Below, one piece after another: positions 27,149-36,067 of a stretch of DNA of 64,000 bases. The stretch comes from Patescibacteria group bacterium (GTDB taxonomy: Bacteria > Patescibacteriota > CPR2 > UBA1875 > CAIMLA01): positions 92,071 to 156,070 of the forward strand of contig JBGSPL010000001.1 of the NCBI GenBank assembly GCA_041738615.1, in the 5' to 3' direction. How positions within the stretch are numbered: position 1 is the first letter of the stretch; every line of letters begins with the position of its first letter. Under the pieces are notes generated by a model. It searched no databases. It saw only the letters and a program-made list of their open reading frames with translations, and was not told the origin of the DNA. The translations under genes and the position numbers were made by a program.

Positions 27149-28452
27149 TATGGGGTGAGTCGATTAATGTCTCGTGGGAAGAGGCTGGCCTCCTTGGCAT
27201 TATCGAGACTTAAAATCTTTGCTGTGATGCGTTCACAGCCGATGGCGAGGCCACCATGCTTTGGCATGCCAAACTTAAATGCTACTAGGTAGTCGGCGAA
27301 GTCCTCTGTATTCATCTTTCGTTTTTTCATCACTGCAAGATACTCTTCATACAAGTTTAATCTCTGGCCACCAGTTGTTATCTCGACACCACGGAAAAGC
27401 AAGTCGAAGCTCAGTGTCTCTTCCGGGCTCTTTGGGTCAGGCATAGTATAGAAAGGTCGTTTCGCTACAGGATAGTGAGTGACAAAAACAAATTCACTTC
27501 CGAGATTCTTGGCAGCGTATTCGCAGATCTGACGCTCGTGCAGGGGCTCCAGGTCTGGCTCGCCAAGACACTTCTCTTTGTATTCTTTTTCAAGGATTTG
27601 CTGGACTTCAGATAGCTTGAGTCTAGGTATTTTCTTATCCATGGTCGGCAAGGTAGCACCGAGAAGCTCGAGCTCTTTGGCGCAGGTCTTCACCAGACGA
27701 CTAATAATGTGCTTTAGCATTTCTTCCTCAAGGTCCATGATGTCAGTCCAGGAGTTGATAAAGCCCATCTCGAGGTCGAGACTCAGGTATTCATTGAGGT
27801 GCCTAGAGGTGCTGTGTTTCTCGGCACGATAGATAAAGGCCGTCTCGAAAACACGTTCGTATACTCCGACCATGATTTGTTTGTACATCTGTGGGCTCTG
27901 TGAAAGGTAGGCTTTTTTACCGAAGTATTTGAAGTCAAACATCTCAGCTCCCCCAGTTTCGAGCCCTGCTTCTACAATCTTGGGAGTATTGATTTCGGTG
28001 AAGTGTTCGCCACTCAAATATTCGCGAAATCCTGCCAGGATTTCTCCCTGCACCTTGAAGATGGCTCTCTGGGATGGGGCTCGCAGGGTCAGTGGCCTAT
28101 TATCAAAAAGAGTATCTAGGTTTACGTTTAGGTCCTTCTTGTTTAGGGAAATGGGCACATCCTCGGTCACTGGCGAGATTATGTCCACTGCGGTTACATG
28201 GATTTCGGCTCCTTCAGGAGCGCGCTCCTCGGCAACCACAGAGCCCGTAACGCTAACGACAGATTCGGTAGTTAGGTCTTTTAGTTTGTCGTTTTCGGCG
28301 CCAGCATCAATAATTGCCTGCACTAGTCCGTCACGATCTCGAATCACCAAGAAGCTGATAGCACCGAGTTTACGGAGCTTGTGTACCCAGCCTTTTACCG
28401 TGATTTCTTTGCCGATGTATTTTGATATCTCTGTTGAGTAGACTCTTTCCAT
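27148..28452 (-). CDS. aspS: Aspartate-tRNA(Asp/Asn) ligase, short archaeal/non-discriminating type
   Basis: OB-fold GWVH, LSQSPQ.YKQ, YRAEKH..SRHLNE, GMPKHGG and FPRD; 434 aa. Confidence 0.92.
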   Translation of the reverse strand: MERVYSTEISKYIGKEITVKGWVHKLRKLGAISFLVIRDRDGLVQAIIDAGAENDKLKDLTTESVVSVTGSVVAEERAPEGAEIHVTAVDIISPVTEDVPISLNKKDLNVNLDTLFDNRPLTLRAPSQRAIFKVQGEILAGFREYLSGEHFTEINTPKIVEAGLETGGAEMFDFKYFGKKAYLSQSPQMYKQIMVGVYERVFETAFIYRAEKHSTSRHLNEYLSLDLEMGFINSWTDIMDLEEEMLKHIISRLVKTCAKELELLGATLPTMDKKIPRLKLSEVQQILEKEYKEKCLGEPDLEPLHERQICEYAAKNLGSEFVFVTHYPVAKRPFYTMPDPKSPEETLSFDLLFRGVEITTGGQRLNLYEEYLAVMKKRKMNTEDFADYLVAFKFGMPKHGGLAIGCERITAKILSLDNAKEASLFPRDINRLTP

Positions 28453-28518
28453 GGTTTTCGCTTTCTTGATAAGTTGATTTCAAAGCTTATTCTAACAAAA
28501 AACGACCTTATAGTAAAC

Positions 28519-28548
28519 GAAAAGAGCCAGCATGCGCTGGCTCTTTTC
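28519..28548. terminator. Intrinsic terminator
   Basis: GAAAAGAGCCAGC-ATGC-GCTGGCTCTTTTC. Confidence 0.8.
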
Positions 28549-28560
28549 GAATGCAGATGG

Positions 28561-28929
28561 CTACCGAGCCAGCACTGCCTTTGCCTTATCTATAACATCG
28601 GTCAAAGTGACCTGTGATTTTACTAGGTATTCATCGGCTCCAAGGGACTTACCCTTGTCCACGTCTGTCTCCTGAGAGAGAGCCGTCATCATGATTACTT
28701 TTGTGTCCTTCGTCTCTGGTGTCGCGCGCAAGATGTCGAGCACGTCAAAACCACTAATCTTCGGCATCATCACATCTAAAATAATTAGGTCAGGTTTTTC
28801 TTTAACGGCTTGTGTGAGGGCCATTTCGCCGTCAGAGGCGGTAACTACGTCATACCCTTCTGCCATAAAGCGGGCAGAATAAATGTCCCTTAGGGCAACG
28901 TCATCTTCTACTAGTAATACTTTTGCCAT
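28561..28929 (-). CDS. Single-domain response regulator
   Basis: VEDD, LDVMMP, MTA and YLVK motifs; no output domain. Confidence 0.95.
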   Translation of the reverse strand: MAKVLLVEDDVALRDIYSARFMAEGYDVVTASDGEMALTQAVKEKPDLIILDVMMPKISGFDVLDILRATPETKDTKVIMMTALSQETDVDKGKSLGADEYLVKSQVTLTDVIDKAKAVLAR

Positions 28930-28959
28930 ATTTCCCTCAGTTACTTTCTGTCTTTAATC

Positions 28960-30627
28960 TTAATCCAAACTCCTTGGTATTGTAAAGTAAAACTTGGTCC
29001 CCTTGTTCACCTGGCTCTCAAGCCAGATGGAACCGCCAAACATTTCTACAATCGAACGAGTAATAAAGAGACCTAGGCCGGTACCACCTACCTCACGAGT
29101 CGCGGTATTGTCGTAACGGTAGAATTTCTCGAAGATGTGTTTTTGGCCATCTGCTGGGATTCCCATGCCGGTATCAGCGACACAAACCGTGGCAAAGTCT
29201 TTGTCGTAAGCTATAGAGATTGTCACTTCGCCCTCGCTCGTGTACTTCAGGCCATTCTCCACTAGATTGTATAGAACCTCTCTGGCCTGTTCTTTGTCGG
29301 CAACAACATTCAGCGATCTTCCCACAGCTTTCTCTCCCTTGATTGAGCTGCCAGTAGTCTCTTGTAGTTTTAGACCCAGATTTCGCGACTTGGCATTCTG
29401 CCCCATGGCTTCTACTACCTCGGCCGCAAGTTCGTGGATGCTAAACTTCGTAATGTCAGTTTGAATCTTCCCTTCCTCAATCTTGGTCACCGTAAGCAAG
29501 TTTTTCACTAGGTTCGACATCCCGAGAGCTTGGCCACGGGCCTTGGTGACGTATTCGCGGGCTTTGTCGTCAATCTTACATATCTTCTCATTTTCGATAA
29601 GTTCCATGTAACCTTCCATAGCGGTAATTGGGGTGCGGAGCTCATGCGAGGCCGTAGAAACGAACTCATTACGAAGCCGTTCCACCTCTTTCTTGGAGGT
29701 AATATCACGGAAAACGCAGATGGCACCGGTAAGTTTGCCGTTCTTGTCCTTGATCGGAGAGTAAGAGCTAGAGATTACAATTTTCTTATTACCGCGTTTT
29801 TTGTTGAAGCAAGTATCGTCACGGAGAACGTTTTCGCCCGTGTTCCAGACGTTTAGAGCCGGGCAATCCTTTTGACAGACACTGATGTCGGTTTCGTTTT
29901 TTAGGTTCATTGCGGTCCAGCATTTGAGTCCTATAGCTTCGCTGGCCTTCCAGCCGGTCATTTCCTCGGCAGCGCCGTTGAACATGGTCATGTTACGGTC
30001 CATATCGACTACATATACTCCATCCGCAATGCCAGCGAGTAGCGCCTCTTCCTTGTTTTGTGAGGCAGAGAGCTGCAGATTGGAGCTCTCTAGGTCGCAT
30101 TTTTCTTGCAAGGCCCCGCGATATTTTTCTCCAATGTAATAAAAAAGAATCGATATCATGGCAGCAGCCACAAAAACTGTTGTAGTGGCACTTAGGTCTA
30201 CGCCGAGAAGCACCACGGACAGCACTAGATAAGTAATGAGCAGCAGGTCAAAACCTACCCCCCACCATGGACCAAGGATAAAGCCTGCCACTATCAGCGG
30301 TACAATAATAATGATATAGAGAGAATCGGCCCCACCGAGAAAGTCGGCCAAGAACATTGGCATTAGTGAACCTAGCAAGTAGAGTATGCCGACTGCTAGC
30401 TCCTCGTGTTTTTCTCGCAAAGAAGTAAATACGAGGGAGTACAGAAAAAGCAGGGCTGCTCCACCTACCGCAAACCTCATTCCTTCATAGTAAACTACAT
30501 CCGAGTGAGTAAATATGGCCAGAACCACAAATATCGCTATCAGCGCCGCACTGAAAATCCCGGCTGCGAGCGCCAGCTTATTCTCTACATCTTTTGAAAT
30601 TAAAAGCACTAGTCCCCTCCGTTTCAT
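28960..30627 (-). CDS. Membrane PAS-domain sensor histidine kinase
   Basis: Several TMs, PAS, SHELRTP H-box, NLVENGLKY, DTGMGI and GGTGLGL. Confidence 0.95.
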   Translation of the reverse strand: MKRRGLVLLISKDVENKLALAAGIFSAALIAIFVVLAIFTHSDVVYYEGMRFAVGGAALLFLYSLVFTSLREKHEELAVGILYLLGSLMPMFLADFLGGADSLYIIIIVPLIVAGFILGPWWGVGFDLLLITYLVLSVVLLGVDLSATTTVFVAAAMISILFYYIGEKYRGALQEKCDLESSNLQLSASQNKEEALLAGIADGVYVVDMDRNMTMFNGAAEEMTGWKASEAIGLKCWTAMNLKNETDISVCQKDCPALNVWNTGENVLRDDTCFNKKRGNKKIVISSSYSPIKDKNGKLTGAICVFRDITSKKEVERLRNEFVSTASHELRTPITAMEGYMELIENEKICKIDDKAREYVTKARGQALGMSNLVKNLLTVTKIEEGKIQTDITKFSIHELAAEVVEAMGQNAKSRNLGLKLQETTGSSIKGEKAVGRSLNVVADKEQAREVLYNLVENGLKYTSEGEVTISIAYDKDFATVCVADTGMGIPADGQKHIFEKFYRYDNTATREVGGTGLGLFITRSIVEMFGGSIWLESQVNKGTKFYFTIPRSLD

Positions 30628-30646
30628 ATGTAACGATACCTTAGAT

Positions 30647-31627
30647 TCAGCTTGGATTCAAGAAAAAGCCCTGTTCTAGCATCGTCGTGGCATCGTAAGT
30701 CTTTGAATTCGCATTAAAGTAAACGATGATTACTCGGCGGCCATCCTTTTTGGCGACACCAATATAGGTGTTTCCAGCCTCGTATGTAAATCCCGTCTTC
30801 GCGCCCTCCATCCCGGTGTAGGTTTTGAGCAGAGTGCTGAGCTGATAGTAGCTATGTGGCTCGTTGTGGCTAGTACCCGCCACACTATAGTCATCTACCC
30901 GCCCCATATACTTCAAAAAATCAGGCTGAGTGCGAATGGCATACTCTGTGATGGCGGCCATGTCGAAGGCACTACTATAGTGCTTCGGGTCATCAAGACC
31001 GTTTGGAGTCACGAAATGGCTATTTGTAAGGCCAAGCTCCTTCACCTTCTGGTTCATTTTGTTCATGAAGGCTGCTCTGCCACCTGGGTCGCACTCGGCT
31101 ATTACCTCAGCTGCGTCGTTGGCGCTGATCATCATCATCCCATAAAGCAGATCTTCGACACTTAGTCTCTCCCCTGCCTTCATCACAATCTTGTAGGGTT
31201 CGGTGTCGGCAGCCTCCTGCGAAACGGTGCAGAGCTTATCGGTTTTGAAAGTTTCTAGCGCCACAACGGCGGTAAGCACCTTGGTGATGCTTGCCGGGGG
31301 TAGCTGGGTATGCATATTGTTGTCGAGAAGTACTTGCCTAGTATCGTAATCTAGGATTACAGCACCCTTTGAGGAGACGGCAAGCGATTGTGGGTTCTTG
31401 GTGAGCCAATCAGTCTTGGGATAATATTTTTCTTTGTTTGAAGTAATAATCTTTGCCAACTCGCGAGCCGAGATGTCATCCCCTCCGGTTTTGTAGCGAC
31501 CTTTGCCGCTGGTACCCTGTGACAGCCCAATTCCGGCGACGATAGCAACTATCAAAAAAGCTCCGGCGACCACTTTCCCCTGCTTGGAGCGGAGGATATT
31601 TGCTAGAGCTGTAAGTACTTTTTGCAT
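30647..31627 (-). CDS. D-alanyl-D-alanine carboxypeptidase (S11 family)
   Basis: ASITK, SANDA and KTG motifs; N-terminal TM. Confidence 0.92.
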   Translation of the reverse strand: MQKVLTALANILRSKQGKVVAGAFLIVAIVAGIGLSQGTSGKGRYKTGGDDISARELAKIITSNKEKYYPKTDWLTKNPQSLAVSSKGAVILDYDTRQVLLDNNMHTQLPPASITKVLTAVVALETFKTDKLCTVSQEAADTEPYKIVMKAGERLSVEDLLYGMMMISANDAAEVIAECDPGGRAAFMNKMNQKVKELGLTNSHFVTPNGLDDPKHYSSAFDMAAITEYAIRTQPDFLKYMGRVDDYSVAGTSHNEPHSYYQLSTLLKTYTGMEGAKTGFTYEAGNTYIGVAKKDGRRVIIVYFNANSKTYDATTMLEQGFFLNPS

Positions 31628-31687
31628 GAGTAATATTGTAATGGAAAAGAAGGGTGAGGTAAAGAATCTATTTATAAAAGCAGAAAA

Positions 31688-31954
31688 CTAAAACCAGGAA
31701 TTGGGTCTATGATTCTTTCCCTGCTCGTGATCATGTCTTTTTGTCTCAGCTTCTTGTTCTCTAATTTCAGCCTGAACTTCCTGTTTGTGGCGTTCTAACT
31801 CTCTTTCTGCCCTCCGGGCTTCCTCTTTCTCTTTCTGCGCGTGCTTTTCGGCCTCTCGTAAATCGACTCTAGCTTCTTCTGCGACGAGCTCTGCACGTTT
31901 TCGGGTCTCTTCAGCCTCCTTGTCAAGCAGCCTTTCTTCTTCGGTAATACTCAT
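31688..31954 (-). CDS. Hypothetical charged coiled-coil protein
   Basis: E/K/R-rich 88-aa ORF with AGGAG SD. Confidence 0.65.
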   Translation of the reverse strand: MSITEEERLLDKEAEETRKRAELVAEEARVDLREAEKHAQKEKEEARRAERELERHKQEVQAEIREQEAETKRHDHEQGKNHRPNSWF

Positions 31955-32060
31955 TTTGGCTCCTTTCTTCTATATCTATTATACATCTAGTGCATAGCAC
32001 AGAACTCGAATCTATCCTTGAAGTACGCGGCTAATTCTGGTATAATTTCTCGGTAATTAT

Positions 32061-32135
32061 GGTCCCATCGTCTAGCGGTTAGGACATCTCCCTCTCACGG
32101 AGGAAACAGGGGTTCGATTCCCCTTGGGACTACCA
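32061..32135 (+). tRNA. tRNA-Glu (CTC)
   Basis: Cloverleaf with GGTTCGATTCC T-arm and encoded CCA; promoter TTGAAG-N17-TATAAT at 32018-32046; terminator at 32138-32174. Confidence 0.96.
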
Positions 32136-32208
32136 AAAGAAGCACAAATTTCTTAGCGATATTTGTGCTTCTTTATTTGTTAACTATATAGCCATTTTTG
32201 CCTAATCG

Positions 32209-32631
32209 TTATTCTTCGAAGGAATCAATCTCGTATTCTTGGGCTAGATTGTGTAGGATTTTTCTGACATCTTCATGAACCTTATTATCGTCAGATTCAA
32301 GTCCGAAGGTGTCTTCGAAAACGACTTCTACGTACAATGGGAAGCCTTCAGCGTCCTCTTCCTCGGCCAATCCTTGTTTTTGTGAGTAAATTTCTGCTCC
32401 TAATCGATTAGAAATCTCATCGATATCACCCTGGGCTACTAGATTTGCAAACAGCTGTCGCCTAGTATATTTTGCCAGAGCTAGTATCCTGTCTGATTCG
32501 TTTTGGGTTCGTTTTTCTGCCTTCATACCATCCTGCATGGCAGCTAGTTGTTCGTTGAGATTAGTAATATTAGTTTCTAACGCAAGTTGCTCGCCCCTTG
32601 GGCTCTCTGGTGACAAGATATTTTCACTCAT
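32209..32631 (-). CDS. Hypothetical acidic protein
   Basis: 140-aa ORF with AAGGAG SD and upstream TAAAAT. Confidence 0.7.
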   Translation of the reverse strand: MSENILSPESPRGEQLALETNITNLNEQLAAMQDGMKAEKRTQNESDRILALAKYTRRQLFANLVAQGDIDEISNRLGAEIYSQKQGLAEEEDAEGFPLYVEVVFEDTFGLESDDNKVHEDVRKILHNLAQEYEIDSFEE

Positions 32632-32716
32632 ATTGGTCTCCTTATTCCATATTTTATCATAAATTAAATAACTCCCCGACGAATCAAGGAGTTATTTATA
32701 AAAGTAAGAAAAGTGA

Positions 32717-32860
32717 CTATGCACCAATCTTGAACATCTTAGTTCCGCAAACAGGACAAGTGCCTTTAGTAGCTGGACGACCATTCTTCATGGTGATCTT
32801 CTCTTCAGCCTTCATTTCCTGTTTAGCTTTGCATTTTACGCAATAACCTACTGTTGCCAT
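32717..32860 (-). CDS. 47-aa zinc-ribbon protein (DUF5679-like; not in ORF track)
   Basis: MATVGYCVKCKAKQEMKAEEKITMKNGRPATKGTCPVCGTKMFKIGA; GGAGGTG SD. Confidence 0.85.
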   Translation of the reverse strand: MATVGYCVKCKAKQEMKAEEKITMKNGRPATKGTCPVCGTKMFKIGA

Positions 32861-33008
32861 TCTACGCCACCTCCTTCCATCTGGATTTGTAACACGTGGC
32901 TACAGCTATAATTTGGACCATGCTGCTTAGCTTGTCAAGCACAACCTGTGAATAATCGTGCTCAAAGATTTTCGGAAGACATATATTATGCCTTTGTACG
33001 GGCAAAAA

Positions 33009-33911
33009 CTATTTTTGAGATTTTTTGTCTAAGTAGGCGCCATAAGTAGCTACCGAGCCCTCTGCAGCAGCGACGATAATTTGCTTTAGCTTATTGTTTT
33101 TATTGGTAATGTCGCCTGCAGCCCAAACCCCAGGCACGCTAGTAGATTGGTCGTCGTTGACTACGATGTAGCCCTTTTCGTCAGTTTTGATTCCTAACCC
33201 GGCGGTAATAGCTTTTCCGGGGGTGGTGCCAATCTCGACAAACACGCCATCGGTTTTTAAGGTTTCGCCATTATCAAGCACGAGGCCGGTGACTGTTTGC
33301 TCTCCGATAATCTCTGCAGGATTAACGTTTAACACGAGCTCTATCTTTTCATTTTTCTTCACCTCATCCACCCATGAAGGCTCGGCACGAAGTTCGCCTT
33401 GTCTGTAAACCAGGTATACCTTTTTGGCGATATCAGCAAGCATCAAGGCTCCCGTGCAGGCGCTATCCGAGCCGCCAATAACTACGACAGTGCGCTCGCG
33501 AAAGAAGAATGCGTCACAGGTAGTGCAGTACGAAACACCCTTTCCGAGAAAGGCATCTTCGCCCTTGATGCCGAGCTTATTGCGTTCAGTGCCAATCGCT
33601 AGGATCAGACGTTCTGATTCTATGTTTTCACCGTCCTTTACAACTGTAAAGACTTTGTCTTTCTGGGAGATGCCCCTAACGTCTGTGGTAAAAACATCCA
33701 CCGCCATGCTCTTCACGTGGTCTAGGAATTGCCCTACTAGTACCGGGCCTGTGATGGTCTTGATTCCCAACCAGTTCTCTACTGCATGCGCTTCGTTTAC
33801 ATATCCGCCAGGCAGTTTGCCTACCATGGCCACTTTCATCTTGTATCTGGCTGCATAAACTGCTGCCGACATAGCCGCAGGACCAGCACCCACTATTATA
33901 AGATCATACAT
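33009..33911 (-). CDS. trxB: Thioredoxin-disulfide reductase
   Basis: GAGPA, GVSYCTTCD, GGSDSA and WAAGD motifs; ATG at 33911 with AAGGAG SD. Confidence 0.92.
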   Translation of the reverse strand: MYDLIIVGAGPAAMSAAVYAARYKMKVAMVGKLPGGYVNEAHAVENWLGIKTITGPVLVGQFLDHVKSMAVDVFTTDVRGISQKDKVFTVVKDGENIESERLILAIGTERNKLGIKGEDAFLGKGVSYCTTCDAFFFRERTVVVIGGSDSACTGALMLADIAKKVYLVYRQGELRAEPSWVDEVKKNEKIELVLNVNPAEIIGEQTVTGLVLDNGETLKTDGVFVEIGTTPGKAITAGLGIKTDEKGYIVVNDDQSTSVPGVWAAGDITNKNNKLKQIIVAAAEGSVATYGAYLDKKSQK

Positions 33912-33971
33912 ATCGTTCTCCTTGCTTATTGTCGTATCAATATATTTTACCACAAGGAGAGTCTGAAGCAG

Positions 33972-34097
33972 CTACTCTGTATCGCTACCAGGCGAACCGT
34001 CGCTATCAAGGAGCTGTTCTACGAGAGACACAAACTCCACAGGTGTGATGAGACCTGCCTTGTAGTGGTCGAGAAAACGCTGGATTTTGGCTTTCAT
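33972..34097 (-). CDS. 41-aa microprotein candidate
   Basis: MKAKIQRFLDHYKAGLITPVEFVSLVEQLLDSDGSPGSDTE; GGAAGGA SD. Confidence 0.5.
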   Translation of the reverse strand: MKAKIQRFLDHYKAGLITPVEFVSLVEQLLDSDGSPGSDTE

Positions 34098-34326
34098 CTT
34101 GTTCCTTCCTGCCCTTTCGAAGTCTTAGCGAAGACGGGTCATTTCGCTTAACAAAAAAGAGAGAGTCGTGTACTCTCCCCATTTGTCTCAATGAAGTTTC
34201 TATTCATAATCACAAAAATTAGTGATATCGTTTTCATCTTTGTGACTACAATAATGAAACTATATATTACTAATGTCAATACCCAGATACCCGATAGGCT
34301 GTGCATAACTACCTACTATCCACAGG

Positions 34327-35682
34327 CTAATTTTGAACTAGTTCGTCCCCTACTTTATAGACGGGACCGGCTCCAATCGTAAGGATTATGTCGTTTGACT
34401 GGGTATTTTGAATTAGATACTCCAGAGTTTCTGGAAAATCGGTGAAGAAGAGGGCCTTTCCTGGAGTGGTTACATTGAGGCTATCTACGATATCTTTGGA
34501 GGAAATGCTCGCTACGTCTTCGGCAGTATCACGCACAGCATATATCTCAGGCATGATTACGAAATCAGCAGCACTGAGTGCACTCACGAAGTCACTTTTT
34601 AGTAGTCTGGTACGGCTATGCTGGTGTGGCTGGAAAACTGCCACTATTCTTCTGGACGGATAACGATCTCGGGCGGCACTAATAGTAGCCGCAAGCTCCG
34701 TAGGATGGTGTGCATAGTCATCAATTACCGGAGCCCCCTGGTACACCCCCTTGAGCTGAAAACGTCGCTCAGCGCCCCTAAACACGGCTAGAGAGCCTTT
34801 CACAGCCTCCATCTCGGCCTTTGTCTCCCGAACGGCTGCAATAGAGGCTAGGGCGTTTAGGATATTGTGCTTTCCGGGGACAGAAATAGTAAAATCTCCT
34901 AGTCCCTGGACTGTGAAGCGAGAGTCATTTTCGGAAATTACTACATTCTCGGCCACAAAGTCATTGTTTGAGTTAAACCCGTAGCTAATCTTTATTCCTT
35001 CGTAATGACTCGCGACTTCGCGTGAATTTGTATCATCACCGCAATATACCAAGAAACCAGCTGGATCTACCTGTTCTATAAACTGGGTAAACGCTGCCTT
35101 GATGTCGTCTATATCTTTGTAGCAATCGAGGTGATCAGCGTCGATATTGGTAATGATTGCTGCGTATGGGTGGATATCTAGAAACGCACGCTGGTATTCG
35201 CAGACCTCGGCGACCGAGTACTCCCCTTTCCCCAGGCGACTGTTACTACCAATGCTATCGATTTCGGCGCCCACTACGACCGTAGGGTCGAGACCGGCGG
35301 CAATTAGTGCTTCGGCGAGCATACTAGAGGTGGTAGTTTTGCCATGAGTGCCAGTAACTGCGATTGCCCGGCTTTTGGTAATAATCTCGTTTAGTAGCTC
35401 GGGGCGTTTTACTATATTTAGTCCTAGCTCCGTAGCCTTAGTAAGTTCGGCGTTGTCCGTGGGTATTGCCGCCGAGACTACGACGACGTCGATATCTGGA
35501 GTGACGTGTCCTGCCTCCTGGGAATCATAAAAAGTGGCTCCTATATCAGTAAGAGCTTTGGTTTCCTCGTTTGGGACAGGGTCGGAGCCAGAGACCTTAT
35601 GGCCTTCCTGAAGTAGAATTTTGGCCAGGCCGCTCATCCCGATTCCACCAATCCCGATAAAAAAGTAGTGCTTTCTGTCCAT
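34327..35682 (-). CDS. murC: UDP-N-acetylmuramate-L-alanine ligase
   Basis: IGIGGIGMSG, GTHGKTTTS, DHLD, DDYAHHPTE and FQPH motifs. Confidence 0.97.
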   Translation of the reverse strand: MDRKHYFFIGIGGIGMSGLAKILLQEGHKVSGSDPVPNEETKALTDIGATFYDSQEAGHVTPDIDVVVVSAAIPTDNAELTKATELGLNIVKRPELLNEIITKSRAIAVTGTHGKTTTSSMLAEALIAAGLDPTVVVGAEIDSIGSNSRLGKGEYSVAEVCEYQRAFLDIHPYAAIITNIDADHLDCYKDIDDIKAAFTQFIEQVDPAGFLVYCGDDTNSREVASHYEGIKISYGFNSNNDFVAENVVISENDSRFTVQGLGDFTISVPGKHNILNALASIAAVRETKAEMEAVKGSLAVFRGAERRFQLKGVYQGAPVIDDYAHHPTELAATISAARDRYPSRRIVAVFQPHQHSRTRLLKSDFVSALSAADFVIMPEIYAVRDTAEDVASISSKDIVDSLNVTTPGKALFFTDFPETLEYLIQNTQSNDIILTIGAGPVYKVGDELVQN

Positions 35683-35683
35683 A

Positions 35684-35890
35684 TTAAGCAAAAATGTAGA
35701 TTAGGGCGCTGAGGCCGTGGATCAAAGCTAGTCCTAGTAGGACAAAGGCTATGATCTTGTGATATTTAAAATCAATTTTGAGCACCCTCGTACCGATCAG
35801 TATTTGGATAATTAGTACGGTGAGGACTGTAAGTCCGCCCCAAGCGACAAGGGGCATTCCAAGTACTGTGCTTGCAACTAGTGTTTTCAT
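35684..35890 (-). CDS. Small two-TM membrane protein with two His
   Basis: 68 aa; YHKIIAFVLLGLALIHG. Confidence 0.7.
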   Translation of the reverse strand: MKTLVASTVLGMPLVAWGGLTVLTVLIIQILIGTRVLKIDFKYHKIIAFVLLGLALIHGLSALIYIFA

Positions 35891-35891
35891 T

Positions 35892-36014
35892 TTACTTTTG
35901 AACCTTCATATCTTCACCGCAGCAGACTAGTGTACCACCTCCCGCTACAGTCACGGTGACTTCATTGCCACAGATCTCGCAGATGTATTTTTCACCAACT
36001 TCTTTTACAGACAT
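35892..36014 (-). CDS. Desulforedoxin-like Fe(Cys)4 microprotein (not in ORF track)
   Basis: MSVKEVGEKYICEICGNEVTVTVAGGGTLVCCGEDMKVQK, with CxxC...CC signature; GAGGAG SD. Confidence 0.88.
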   Translation of the reverse strand: MSVKEVGEKYICEICGNEVTVTVAGGGTLVCCGEDMKVQK

Positions 36015-36067
36015 TTTACTCCTCTCGGGCGTTAATGTAATGCAATTATAACCTATATGGGGCGTAA

